From: a virus | Lineage: Duplodnaviria > Caudoviricetes | Strand: one strand, 5' to 3' | IMG/VR virus record: IMGVR_UViG_3300036770_008730 | Length of the DNA: 64,000 nt | In this document: positions 9,249 to 19,898 of the stretch, piece by piece | Numbering within the stretch: position 1 is the stretch's first letter | How the letters are laid out: each line of letters starts with the position of its first letter | Notes under the pieces: generated by a model | Told to the model about the DNA's origin: nothing | The model's database searches: none | What the model saw: only the letters and a program-made list of their open reading frames with translations | Made by a program: the position numbers and the translations under genes

Positions 9249-11294
9249 ATGAGTGATTTTTTTGATTCAATTAAAAATAAAGCTGACCAAGTCAAGGATA
9301 ATTTCTTAGATAAGTTAGGATTGTTAAGAGGTGATTGGCCACAAACATCAGCTCAACCACCATTTGGTAAACCAGGGTTCTTACCACCACAACTTATTAG
9401 TCCAACTTTGAAGATGAAAAAGTCCAAACCGGACAAAAAAGAGGATGAAATCGATGAAGAAGAAACTCCCACTGAGAGAAAAGACGGAGAATATACTTAC
9501 ACCGACTGGTTAGGATACAAGATAACAGAAAATAGCCAATATAAGTTATCTACTCCACTTATGACTAAAGATAGATTTAATCTAAGCGTAAATTTACCAA
9601 AAGACAGAGACGCTAGAAAAACTGATCCATATTCAATAAGAGATACTTTAATTTTATACAACGATTCCACACAGGATTATTTTAAACACAGTTTACAAGT
9701 TATAAATAATCTCAATAGTGATTTTCCAGAGACACAACCACTTCGAAAAGGAGAGGGTTCTACATCTAGGTTGTATAATTTTATGAACAATGTTAAAACC
9801 ACACCTTATGAAAATAACGATCCTGTTATGTTTGGTTTTGAAATAATAATAGATGCGGTTAGTTCACCTTTACTAAATGGTTCTATTTATGACTTTTTAG
9901 ATACCTTTAGTAATGAAATTCAGGAGGTAAAAGCTAGATATGAAGTCTATGAAGACTTTAAAAATCAATTTAAGAAACTATTTAAAACTAGAGGAACGGT
10001 CAGAGTGGATGAATCATTGACTAAAATGACTAATTTAGGATCTAATCCAGCAACCATTGATTCTAAGCAAAACTTTTTTAATCCCGGTAGAAGAGCTTAC
10101 ATGGCTTATTTTCTAAAGAAAGTTGAGGGATTGTCAAATCTATCTGAAAAAAATACACCAGGTACAAAAAAATTTATTACCGATTATGGTAAAGATATAA
10201 TTAAATTAGAATTTTATGAAGATGTTTCTTTGACATTAGGAACACTTGCTCATCTTTATAAACTACTTTATTGGTCCAAACCAAATGGAAAGGGAATAAT
10301 ACCAGAAAATTTATTGAGGTTTAATTGTGATATAATCGTCTCTGAATGTAGAAATCTAAACAGAGTTAGAAGGGCAGCTGATACCGGAAATCTTGAGATT
10401 GTTAAGGATAATGTTTCTAGATATGTATACTCACTTAGAGAGTGTCAGTTTTACTTCGATGCATATACTCACCCAGATTCAATTGATAACTCCAATATAA
10501 CTACGACAGAGGCATATACTTGTCAATTTGATTATAAATATAGCTCTGTAAAATTTGAGAGATGGACACCAAGTTCGGATAATTTTGGAAAATATGTTGG
10601 ATATCACAACGGCGCCATTTGGAAAATTGGAAATACAAACACAAGGGGAGCATCATATTCACAATCGGTTCCAAAGTTTTTGACCGTTGGTGAAAATATT
10701 TTTTTTCAAAATGGTGTTACTAAACCCTTTGTTCTTAAAGATGATTTTAGTATTGTTGGTAAACAAGATGAAATTGCAAACCCACAGGATCCGTCTTTGC
10801 CACAGGATAGTCTTGCAGATAGAGCAGGCCAACAGTTAAAAAACTTTGCAAAGAGGTCAGGAGATAAAGCTAAAGGACTAGCAAAGCAAGCTGGTAATAG
10901 ACTTGTAGCATCAGCGGTGAAAGAAGCTCAAAGTTTTGTAAACACGAAGGTTGCTTTATTGAACAGTAGTATAAATAAAATCTTAAATGGTATAGGTATA
11001 GATGGATTAAATCAACCAAGAAATATTTATACTGGTCAAAACTTAGATTTAAGAGGTAGACTTTTTTATGATGTTAGAGGAGAGATGTTGAATTTTGTTG
11101 GTGGTGTGTTAGGTAATCAGGTATTGGGCGCGGGTGCTGGAGTTGGTGGTACAATAGTAGTTCCTCCTAAACCACCAAAATATAATCCATTTACTCAAGA
11201 TAATAGAACCGCTCAACAATTATATGGAACATCAGACTTTACAAAGATTCAATTTCCATATTATGCACAAAGATTCCCACCTCCTATTACATAG
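9249..11294 (+). CDS. probable tail/baseplate structural protein (tail-tube-like core)
   Basis: 681 aa within baseplate operon; FYEDVSL...LY, FNCDIIVSE, YVYSLRECQF resemble tube-fold proteins. Confidence 0.4.
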   Translation: MSDFFDSIKNKADQVKDNFLDKLGLLRGDWPQTSAQPPFGKPGFLPPQLISPTLKMKKSKPDKKEDEIDEEETPTERKDGEYTYTDWLGYKITENSQYKLSTPLMTKDRFNLSVNLPKDRDARKTDPYSIRDTLILYNDSTQDYFKHSLQVINNLNSDFPETQPLRKGEGSTSRLYNFMNNVKTTPYENNDPVMFGFEIIIDAVSSPLLNGSIYDFLDTFSNEIQEVKARYEVYEDFKNQFKKLFKTRGTVRVDESLTKMTNLGSNPATIDSKQNFFNPGRRAYMAYFLKKVEGLSNLSEKNTPGTKKFITDYGKDIIKLEFYEDVSLTLGTLAHLYKLLYWSKPNGKGIIPENLLRFNCDIIVSECRNLNRVRRAADTGNLEIVKDNVSRYVYSLRECQFYFDAYTHPDSIDNSNITTTEAYTCQFDYKYSSVKFERWTPSSDNFGKYVGYHNGAIWKIGNTNTRGASYSQSVPKFLTVGENIFFQNGVTKPFVLKDDFSIVGKQDEIANPQDPSLPQDSLADRAGQQLKNFAKRSGDKAKGLAKQAGNRLVASAVKEAQSFVNTKVALLNSSINKILNGIGIDGLNQPRNIYTGQNLDLRGRLFYDVRGEMLNFVGGVLGNQVLGAGAGVGGTIVVPPKPPKYNPFTQDNRTAQQLYGTSDFTKIQFPYYAQRFPPPIT

Positions 11295-11323
11295 TCAACA
11301 TTTTTTTCAAGACTTAGTATAAC

Positions 11324-11333
11324 TTAATATATA
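11324..11333 (+). promoter_or_regulatory. putative late promoter TTAATATATA
   Basis: Motif upstream of gp5-like gene. Confidence 0.55.
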
Positions 11334-11353
11334 TACAAAGATTTGAAAATTTT

Positions 11354-13210
11354 ATGATTAAAGTCGAAGAGGGAAAAAGTTATGTTGGTGTTGTAGAGGA
11401 TAATAATGATCCAAAAAAAATCGGCCGCGTCAAAGTTCGAGTTATGAATGTCTTTGATGATTTGGAAGCCGAGGATATACCTTGGGCTAGACCTTGGAAA
11501 GATTTGGGTGGTAATTCTTTTAACCTACCCGATAAAGGAAAAGTGGTTACTGTAGTTTTCGAAAGTGCAAATATTTATAAACCAGAATATATATGCTCAG
11601 ACCATTTCAACATAAACCTCGAAAAGAAATTATCCCAATTAGGTGAAGCTGATTATTTAAGCATGAAGGCTTTAATTTTCGACCACAAGACTCAAATTTA
11701 TGTAAATGAAGGTGAGGGTCTAAAGCTTGATCACAAATTCAACATGATTAATATTAAAGACAAAAGTATAAATGTTAATCTCAAAGATAATTTTGGAAAG
11801 ATAAATTTAGGAACAGCTAACTCAACACAAAGGGCTATTTTAGGTGATAATTTTTTAAACTGGTTTGATGATTTTGTTAAAATTTTACTTGGAGACCAAG
11901 GAGGTCCATTTCTTGGAAATCTCGGTGCTCCTGTTATCGCAACACCAGCATTGATGTCAAATTTACAAATTTATCAACAAAAGAAAATACCTAAATTTCT
12001 TTCTAAAAACGTTTATATTGTTGATAATGAAGATGTTGCAAAATTAGATAGAATAGCCGAAGGTCAAAAAGGAGACACTTGGAAATCTACAGTAAAAGAA
12101 AATGAATTAACAAAGAATGAACCAGTTAACTACAAAGCAACTCCTGGATCTTCAGCAACTCAGTTTGATAAACCGGCTGAAAATGCACCCACACAGTCCA
12201 GTGCTGACCAAGCTGTTTCTCAAAATCCAGCTCTGAATCCGGATTCTACTAGTCCTAATCAATCTGTTAATCCAGCTGATATAAATAACGGAGCACCACC
12301 AAAACCTGAGCCACATCCAGATGTAGATGTTCTAATTCAGTTAATGAATGATAAAGGTTATACAATTTTCACCGAACCTTATAAGCTGAATATAGTTGCT
12401 ATCAGAAATCAATGTTTGAGGGTCAATGATGTATATACTGATGATTTTGTTGATGATTTATATGTTATGTGGAAAGATGATGCTAACAACTGGGAGTTAA
12501 GAAAATATAAGATATCAACAACACCAGGCGTGGAATTTGTTATAACTGATTCTTGGATTCGAGATAGAAAAGCTTTGAATAAGGTTGATTTTTGGCAGTC
12601 GGTTAAAGGTCAAAAATCCACTATAAAGGATTATTACAAAATCGAGACCGTTGATAATTTTGCACCAAATGGTGAAAATGGATTAACAATATTAGCACCC
12701 TCTCAATATATTGATGTTTTCATATTATCAACATTCCGTGGTGATCAGGCTTTATTAACACATGGAGACTCTCTACAGGCTGTTTATATTGATAATGATT
12801 ATACACTACCTTTTAACTTTAAGCCTTCTAATTTTACATCACCAAAAACCGTAAATCTACAAGGTAAAGGTGATTTCAAAATCGGATTACACAAGGGATA
12901 TCCAGGTGGGAAAAAAGTTGGAGACTGGTCAGAGGGTTCTCATTGTTTCCAGGATGCAAATGCACTTGATGATTTCTTTTCATTGTGTTCAAAGCATGTT
13001 GAAAGACATAAAAATCCAACAACTGGAAATGTCTTTTTCAGTTACACCTTAGCTTTGAAAGGTGATTGGGATCAAGCTCTTAGAGATAATGAAATTGATA
13101 AGCAAGATCAATCAAGTCCTTTACCACCAGCAACTCCTACACAGTTACCATCCACTGAACAATCTGCGACTCAATCAGTAATTGCCACTCAATCATCCGT
13201 AAATAATTAA
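11354..13210 (+). CDS. baseplate central spike (gp5/VgrG OB-fold) fused to YkuD-like cell-wall-enzyme domain
   Basis: N-term YVGVVEDNNDPKKIGRVKVRV..IPWARP..LPDKGKVV.V.F; C-term LNIVAIRN..TTPG..LAPSQY..IGLHKG..WSEG..FSYTL. Confidence 0.8.
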   Translation: MIKVEEGKSYVGVVEDNNDPKKIGRVKVRVMNVFDDLEAEDIPWARPWKDLGGNSFNLPDKGKVVTVVFESANIYKPEYICSDHFNINLEKKLSQLGEADYLSMKALIFDHKTQIYVNEGEGLKLDHKFNMINIKDKSINVNLKDNFGKINLGTANSTQRAILGDNFLNWFDDFVKILLGDQGGPFLGNLGAPVIATPALMSNLQIYQQKKIPKFLSKNVYIVDNEDVAKLDRIAEGQKGDTWKSTVKENELTKNEPVNYKATPGSSATQFDKPAENAPTQSSADQAVSQNPALNPDSTSPNQSVNPADINNGAPPKPEPHPDVDVLIQLMNDKGYTIFTEPYKLNIVAIRNQCLRVNDVYTDDFVDDLYVMWKDDANNWELRKYKISTTPGVEFVITDSWIRDRKALNKVDFWQSVKGQKSTIKDYYKIETVDNFAPNGENGLTILAPSQYIDVFILSTFRGDQALLTHGDSLQAVYIDNDYTLPFNFKPSNFTSPKTVNLQGKGDFKIGLHKGYPGGKKVGDWSEGSHCFQDANALDDFFSLCSKHVERHKNPTTGNVFFSYTLALKGDWDQALRDNEIDKQDQSSPLPPATPTQLPSTEQSATQSVIATQSSVNN

Positions 13211-13288
13211 TTTATTTTTAAGGTATTAAAATGATTAAATTTATTATTAAAAATTAATATATACCTTAACAAAAAATATTATAATATT

Positions 13289-13528
13289 ATGAATTATCCA
13301 AAATATCCAGTATCAATTTACTATTATAAAAGATACATGAGTGGTCAAACAGAGGTTAGTATTTCCGGGGTTACTCAATCAATGCCTACTTATTCTGGTG
13401 GGTTTTATGTAGCGCAAATGGCTTATGCAAATATTTTAGCGACTGGGTCTACTTATGAGATTTGTCTGGATAACCTTCTTGCAATTGCGACTGCAAGCAC
13501 TACTCCAGATCCAGGAATTGTTATTTAA
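13289..13528 (+). CDS. small hypothetical protein
   Basis: 79-aa ORF preceded by TTAATATATA (13254-13263). Confidence 0.6.
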   Translation: MNYPKYPVSIYYYKRYMSGQTEVSISGVTQSMPTYSGGFYVAQMAYANILATGSTYEICLDNLLAIATASTTPDPGIVI

Positions 13529-13531
13529 TCA

Positions 13532-15973
13532 TCACACTAGATATTCATTTGGTCTACTAGGTTCAACCTTCCAAAAAGACCCTTTTAGGTCTGATACATT
13601 TTTAACGTAAACTACTCTTGTAGCATCACTGTTTCCCGGATCGTTTATTATTATAACATCCTCTCCATTGATGGTTGCCTTACCTGCAATAACCATGTAG
13701 TGACCTGGATAAGTCTTTAATACTCCTTTTCCATTAAGACCTCCTGAATTTTTAACACACCAAAGCACCGGTCTATTTGAATTAATTTGTTCTGATATTT
13801 CTTTATCTTTCTCTTTAATATCAGTCAACGAAAGTCCACATGTTTCTAAAAGAGTTTTTCTCAGATTCTTTGAATAAGATGTTCCTGAACAAGCGGCCTC
13901 GGAAGTATTCTTGAATGTCGTAGGAAAGCTACCAGGTCTACCTGAATTTTCACAAGCTAACTTGGCCATTTTAATAGGATTCGTATAGAATGCCTTTGAT
14001 TGATCTTTCTTCATTTTTCCCCAATAATTAACAACCATTGATAAGCTCGTAATACCACATCCGCCCGCATTTATAGTAGAGTATCCTAAATCACCACATC
14101 CTTTATATTTAGTTAACTTATGCCATTCATAGTGTGTCTGAACTTCAAAATCTTGAACAGTGCCATTTATATTAACCTTACCTTTAGCGGGTCCAAATTT
14201 ATTATTTGACCAACCAGTCTTTAAGTCTTCCTGATCCATTTTGTAAGTTGTATCTCTTGGTGAAGTACTTCCATTTCTCACCGGGAATGTCTTACTGAAT
14301 TTAGGATCCTCAACAAAAACAGTCTTGCCATCTTTAGTTGTCACTAAACCATATATTTGACCTCCCCATCTACTATCCCACTGACCATAATAAGGAACTT
14401 TTGTCAAATCAGAATATTTATCAACAGAATTCGGTGGTAACCCAGAGACTGAATAGGACCTATTATCAGAAACCTCTACTACTGTTTTAGGTGTTTCTTT
14501 TGCTTCGTTAGTCGTATTTGTTTGACTATTTGGTGTAATAATTTCTTTATCACTTACAACTTTCGATGGAGGTGTCGTTGTATTATCTTTTACTTGATTT
14601 GATTCTGCAAATTGTTGAAGTTTAGCATTTTCTTCCTCGTCTCTTATATGGTCATTTGCTTGAAATTGATTAAGTTCAATTTCGACATATTCATCACTTA
14701 ATGCCTCTTCATCCAAATCGATTTCCTCTTGTCTGTATTTTGGTTGACTTTGTTGAGGAACATTATTAGTATTGGGCACCACAAATAACTCCAAAGCGGG
14801 TTCTTTTCTAAAGAATGTTTTTTCATCTTCAACATTGAATATGAATTTTGGCTCATCAGCTGCTGGTGCTATTTCCGGTAGAGATTGAGTAGCTGTTACT
14901 GATTGAGTGACTGAGTCTGTTGTCTTTGGCTCTTCTTTTTTAAATGGAAAGGTTACATATTCGTAGTTGTCTCCTGCTTGAATGAATGCTTTATAAAGAC
15001 TAATAACTTCCCAATTTCCATAAAAATAGGTTTCATCTTTACTTAATTGACCTCTTGTTCTTTGAAATTTTGGATTATTTTTCAAATCTTCTAAATTACC
15101 ACTTAGGTAAAGAGTTTTCAGTGATTGAAAAGGTACATTATTCGGAACAGGAGGATCTCCCGAAATTTGATAGTTATTTTGAAATCCAATTGTTGCGATA
15201 AATCTCATATCAGTATAGTATGGATTTTCCATTTTACTTTCACAGATATTGTTGAAAACCGAATATCCAGCCTGACCATCATCAGCTCCATATCCTTTTG
15301 CTTTGAACGGAGAATCTTTTATAATAATATTACCATCGGGTGTAAAAGAAGAAATAGAAAAAGTAAAAGTTTCTTTCCCCTCTCTAAGTGCTCTTAGATA
15401 GTCCAATCCAAAATCATATTCTTCTTCTTTTTTGATGTATTTTTTCATTTCATCATGAAAATATTCAAAATAGTAAAGACCTGGTGACCAAAGATTAGGA
15501 TTTTTACCCTGTGGAGTTTTCAAAGCTAATTTTTTATTTAAACTTTTAACTCTATTTAGACCTTCCAAAATCTTACTTTTTAATGGTTTGAGATCTTGTT
15601 TTGGTATCATTGTGTCTCCGTTAATATCTTTGTTGAATTGTGATACTATCTCCGCGGATGCTGAGTCAACCTGACCTGAAAAATATTTAACCTTTGGGCT
15701 AAGGTCATCGCCTGTATCAAGATTGTAAGAATATTTATAGAGATCTCCTATTGTTTTGACAGAGGTATTACCTTCTGGAAATGAACATTGTTTCAACTGA
15801 GTAATATTAGAAACAGATGCCAATATTAATTTAGCATCATTTACCTCTACCTTTAATTCTTCTATTACTTTATCAAATTCTTTATTGAATGCTTCAACAA
15901 AAGCTAGAATATCACCAGTTGGTGCTTTAGCGGTTGATGATGTTGTTTCAGATGATGTTGATGCCGTTGCCAT
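13532..15973 (-). CDS. large protein with C-terminal C39-like cysteine peptidase domain
   Basis: VPYYGQWDSRWG, GGCGITSLSMVVNYW (Cys), GHYMVIAG (His), IIINDPG (Asp). Confidence 0.75.
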   Translation of the reverse strand: MATASTSSETTSSTAKAPTGDILAFVEAFNKEFDKVIEELKVEVNDAKLILASVSNITQLKQCSFPEGNTSVKTIGDLYKYSYNLDTGDDLSPKVKYFSGQVDSASAEIVSQFNKDINGDTMIPKQDLKPLKSKILEGLNRVKSLNKKLALKTPQGKNPNLWSPGLYYFEYFHDEMKKYIKKEEEYDFGLDYLRALREGKETFTFSISSFTPDGNIIIKDSPFKAKGYGADDGQAGYSVFNNICESKMENPYYTDMRFIATIGFQNNYQISGDPPVPNNVPFQSLKTLYLSGNLEDLKNNPKFQRTRGQLSKDETYFYGNWEVISLYKAFIQAGDNYEYVTFPFKKEEPKTTDSVTQSVTATQSLPEIAPAADEPKFIFNVEDEKTFFRKEPALELFVVPNTNNVPQQSQPKYRQEEIDLDEEALSDEYVEIELNQFQANDHIRDEEENAKLQQFAESNQVKDNTTTPPSKVVSDKEIITPNSQTNTTNEAKETPKTVVEVSDNRSYSVSGLPPNSVDKYSDLTKVPYYGQWDSRWGGQIYGLVTTKDGKTVFVEDPKFSKTFPVRNGSTSPRDTTYKMDQEDLKTGWSNNKFGPAKGKVNINGTVQDFEVQTHYEWHKLTKYKGCGDLGYSTINAGGCGITSLSMVVNYWGKMKKDQSKAFYTNPIKMAKLACENSGRPGSFPTTFKNTSEAACSGTSYSKNLRKTLLETCGLSLTDIKEKDKEISEQINSNRPVLWCVKNSGGLNGKGVLKTYPGHYMVIAGKATINGEDVIIINDPGNSDATRVVYVKNVSDLKGSFWKVEPSRPNEYLV

Positions 15974-15979
15974 TATAAT

Positions 15980-18091
15980 TTATACTTTTTTCATAGTTCC
16001 CTCTATTTCAATACCATTCTCAAGAACATTGGTGACTGTTATCTCATATTTTGTACCATCGTTTTGTACAACTTGAACTTTATCACCTACTTTATATTTT
16101 GCGTTTGGTTTTGGTTGGTCAGTTTGTTGATTTTCATTTTTATTTCCATCTTTAGACTCTGGTGCCTGTTTTTTATCATCCTTCATCTCTTCTGGAGTTT
16201 TACCCAACTCTTTTCTTGCGAGACTTAGTTTTTGAGTAAATTTATTTTTACCACCTGATGATGTCATTTCAAATGATATGTCTATTATTATCCATTCACC
16301 ACTGTATCTATGATCCATTCCTTGATCACTTGTAGGTGAACTACCTATGTGATAAAATAACATGTGAACCTTCTGTAATCTATATAAGTTATAATTTATG
16401 TTAGGTAGTGATATTTGGCAAACTATACTTGTTAAGTTGTCAAGGTTTTTTCTATTTTGTTCTACTGCATAATTGTAATTTTTATGAACATTTTCAGAAT
16501 CAACTTTTCCAAGGAATCTTTTTTGAACTTTTTTATCCAAAAACTTGTTATCACCTGATTCACCTTTTAGCACATGTTTTGTACCGTCACTACTTGATTG
16601 TGAATCTACTTCAAACTCAACCATAGTTTTCTTATCTTCATCATAATACCTAGTAACTGTTCTGTATCCTGTTTTTAGTTTTGTTGCAGTAGATTGATTC
16701 AAAACTTTAAAATCTTGATAATATCCACAACTTTCTTTTTGAGATGGCTCATTGGTTAGAACTAATGGTACTAATTTCCTTTCTTCTTTTTTTATTCTAT
16801 CTAAATTTGTAGTTTCTACCATATAGTCATTGTCGATAGCTCTTTTCCATTCTTTTTCCACATCAACATAATTTAGACAATAATAGAAATCAATATATCC
16901 ATATAAAAAGGTTGTATCGTCTTTATAAGAATGTTCTATAATTTCTTTTATGAAATCTTTATATTCTTTGTTCGTATTTATCCATTTCATATCATCATCT
17001 GTATTGTCGATGTTTGAATTGAATCCTAAATCTAATTTTTTAGAAATCTTTCTAAGAACCTCAAAAGAAGTTCCTTTATATGTTTTAGAAGATGGTACAT
17101 ATAAATCATCCACATCAATAGTTCCTTCAAAATAATATGATGAATCTGGATTTTTTTTATGATTTCTAATTTTAAACTTTAAATGTATAGATTTTATTAA
17201 ATCAACAGTGGAATTTAAAAATAGCTCAATTTTTGTATCGTCTCTAGGTGGTTGATCTTTGATAAATCCATTACTATCTGAAAATGTCATCTTACATCTT
17301 GGTATGTTATCCTCATAGTAAAGAATTATATTTTTTATTTGAGTTTCTCTAGCAATTTCTATACCATTATAATATATTAATGGCTTCAGACCCATACCCA
17401 TTCCTGATTCAACTGCCTCATCTTTATTATTTTGTATTTCTCTTTTTATAGGTTGAAGTTTTTGATTGGTATCATCTATTTGAGTAATAATTGGTCTGTC
17501 ACCGGATTCTTTTTTATCTTCTTCTGGTTTTTTATCTTGTTCAATCACTGATGGCTCAGGCTCTACATCTATATCGAATTCTGTTTTTTCCAGATCATTA
17601 CTTGTAGGTATTACTTCTATTGTATATCTTCCACCCTGACTTAATTGAAGTCCAGAGAAAGAAACAGATCCTGCTATTACATCTAATTCAACAACTCCAA
17701 CTAACTCACCTGGTCCACTTTTTTTGACTAGTTTAATCTTACTAACTACTGTCTTAGGATCTATGGGTGTACTGAATGTACTAGCCTGTTTTGGTGGTGT
17801 AGAGTTTGTTCCAGTCTCTACTGTAATAAAAACATTAGAATATTTACTTGATGTCCCAAAACTATTACTAGCAATTAAGTTAATTGAATATGTTCCCAAT
17901 TGATTGAACTGAGCGGTTGGATTGGATGCGGTAATTGAAGACCATATAACACTTGTACTGGGAGTTGCGGACCACTGATAAAATGTTGCATTTGCAGTGG
18001 TATTTGTTATAGTAATTGAACCTCCAGGTTTTATTTTATCTGGACTAAATGTAAAATTGATAGTTGGTATCTGACTCGATGCAGTTGGCAT
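15980..18091 (-). CDS. PKD/Ig-domain protein fused to probable baseplate hub (gp27-like)
   Basis: N-term PKD (FTFSP..ITITNTT.NAT.YQW..NPTAQF..GTYSI.L.ASN..G); C-term resembles hub proteins (G.SFEVL.KIS..L.LGFNSN, GEWIIIDI). Confidence 0.55.
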   Translation of the reverse strand: MPTASSQIPTINFTFSPDKIKPGGSITITNTTANATFYQWSATPSTSVIWSSITASNPTAQFNQLGTYSINLIASNSFGTSSKYSNVFITVETGTNSTPPKQASTFSTPIDPKTVVSKIKLVKKSGPGELVGVVELDVIAGSVSFSGLQLSQGGRYTIEVIPTSNDLEKTEFDIDVEPEPSVIEQDKKPEEDKKESGDRPIITQIDDTNQKLQPIKREIQNNKDEAVESGMGMGLKPLIYYNGIEIARETQIKNIILYYEDNIPRCKMTFSDSNGFIKDQPPRDDTKIELFLNSTVDLIKSIHLKFKIRNHKKNPDSSYYFEGTIDVDDLYVPSSKTYKGTSFEVLRKISKKLDLGFNSNIDNTDDDMKWINTNKEYKDFIKEIIEHSYKDDTTFLYGYIDFYYCLNYVDVEKEWKRAIDNDYMVETTNLDRIKKEERKLVPLVLTNEPSQKESCGYYQDFKVLNQSTATKLKTGYRTVTRYYDEDKKTMVEFEVDSQSSSDGTKHVLKGESGDNKFLDKKVQKRFLGKVDSENVHKNYNYAVEQNRKNLDNLTSIVCQISLPNINYNLYRLQKVHMLFYHIGSSPTSDQGMDHRYSGEWIIIDISFEMTSSGGKNKFTQKLSLARKELGKTPEEMKDDKKQAPESKDGNKNENQQTDQPKPNAKYKVGDKVQVVQNDGTKYEITVTNVLENGIEIEGTMKKV

Positions 18092-18147
18092 TTAAATGAT
18101 TAATTTCTATTATCATTTATATATTATCAAAGAGAACCTTCAATGAA

Positions 18148-19758
18148 TCAAATATTGACTTTTATGACTTTATAGGGATATTTTCTTTTTTGATAAAATC
18201 TTTCTCTTTCTCTAAAATGGTTATATAAGATATTATTATGATTTTGAAAAGTATAAACATCAACTAAGTCAAAAATCATAGCTTTCTTTTTATCATCATG
18301 TAGTCTGAGAGCTCTACCAATTGATTGAATTATTATCTGTTCAGATTTAAAAGAATCGGCAAATATAACATTGAAAATCGCATTAATAGAAACACCTGTA
18401 CTTAGTGTTCCATATGAGGCAACAAGAACTTTAACGCTATTATCCGTTTGCTCCATTTGTTTCTTTATCTCCTCTCTTTTCTTCCCACTTATTTCTCCAT
18501 CGATATAAAAAAACTCTTTATTAGTTAATTCTGTTTTTAATTTTTCAAATATCTTTTGACCATATTCTATTGTATGAAAGAGTAGTAGTGTGTTAGATTC
18601 ACACTTATCAACTATCTTTTTTATAAATTCTAGCCTTTTATCCGAGATATGTATGTAGTCTTTTTCTAACTCAAAAGCATCTTTACCTGCACCAGCCTTC
18701 TTAATCAATTTTATTCTCTCATCAAATTCAGCATCATTATGATTCATAATTACCGCCTTAATCTCCATAGGGGTTATTATACCCTTATCCTTTAACTCAA
18801 CAGCTGATACTTCTGTTATTTTTGGTCCTAACACAGATTGTATTGTTAATATTTCACAAGTATTATCTTCTGGAAAAGTACCAGAAACTCCAAATCTTGA
18901 ATAAGCTGATTTGAAAGTGTGTCCTAAAATCGTTGTGATCGTTTTAGCTTTAGCTCCGTGAGCTTCGTCTGTCACAACCGTGTGAAATTGTTTGAAAAAT
19001 TCCTTTGGCCATTTTTCTAAAGATTGATAAGTTCCGATATAAATATTCGCATCTTGTGTACCAGACCATTTTCTTGGTCTTTCAGACATAACTTCTTCTA
19101 TTCTGATATCAACAGGAGAGTGATTTGTATTCAGTATTACTTCGGATTTCTTTTCTCTCATCTCAATAATGTTACTCAAGCCAAGATTATATTCTACTAT
19201 GTTATCATAAAATTGAGTTACGAGTGTTATTGAGGGAACAATTATTAAAAACTTTGCTTTTGGATCAATGTTTTTTAAAGTGTAAAAAATAACTATAGAA
19301 ATGATTAAAGACTTTCCACCAGATGTTGCTACTTCAGCCATACAGTATCTATTTTTAAGAATTTTATAAGCTGATTCTATTTGATGATCGTAAGGCATGA
19401 AATCTATCAGTTCCTTTTGTTTATTAAGAACTTTATGTGTTTTGAAAAATTCTTTGCAGAATTCTTTTACTTTATCTAAAGTAACATCTCTATTGATTGG
19501 AAATTCTTCTTTATTTTCAACTACAAATTGTGCTCCTATTTCTTGACATCCTCTCATAGCCTCTTTCCAAAGTCCTAAATTTATTCTACCATTTTTGAAA
19601 TAGGATTGTTGACCATTCCAGACTCCCATTTTGAAAGCTGGCATATATCTATATCCTTTTACGTGACGAGTTAACCATAGACCGACTTGATGATATTCAA
19701 TCCTGGTGGCTTCTTGAACTACTAATTCTTCTGTATTTTTATCATATTTAAATTTCAC
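18148..19758 (-). CDS. uvsW: UvsW-like superfamily 2 DNA helicase
   Basis: PYDHQ, EVATSGGKSLI, IIVPSITLVTQ, TDEAHG, RFGVSGT, YGTLSTGVSI, QSIGRALR. Confidence 0.92.
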   Translation of the reverse strand: MKFKYDKNTEELVVQEATRIEYHQVGLWLTRHVKGYRYMPAFKMGVWNGQQSYFKNGRINLGLWKEAMRGCQEIGAQFVVENKEEFPINRDVTLDKVKEFCKEFFKTHKVLNKQKELIDFMPYDHQIESAYKILKNRYCMAEVATSGGKSLIISIVIFYTLKNIDPKAKFLIIVPSITLVTQFYDNIVEYNLGLSNIIEMREKKSEVILNTNHSPVDIRIEEVMSERPRKWSGTQDANIYIGTYQSLEKWPKEFFKQFHTVVTDEAHGAKAKTITTILGHTFKSAYSRFGVSGTFPEDNTCEILTIQSVLGPKITEVSAVELKDKGIITPMEIKAVIMNHNDAEFDERIKLIKKAGAGKDAFELEKDYIHISDKRLEFIKKIVDKCESNTLLLFHTIEYGQKIFEKLKTELTNKEFFYIDGEISGKKREEIKKQMEQTDNSVKVLVASYGTLSTGVSINAIFNVIFADSFKSEQIIIQSIGRALRLHDDKKKAMIFDLVDVYTFQNHNNILYNHFRERERFYQKRKYPYKVIKVNI

Positions 19759-19898
19759 AAAGTATATAGTATTTTACTCTAAGTATATAGTTTTATAGTA
19801 AAAAGTTTGTCTATAAAAGTTTAACCTTAATTTTTTTGTGGTTTTTTATAGAGGGAAACAAAACTTTGTTATATATAATAAAAAAATAATAAAATATC

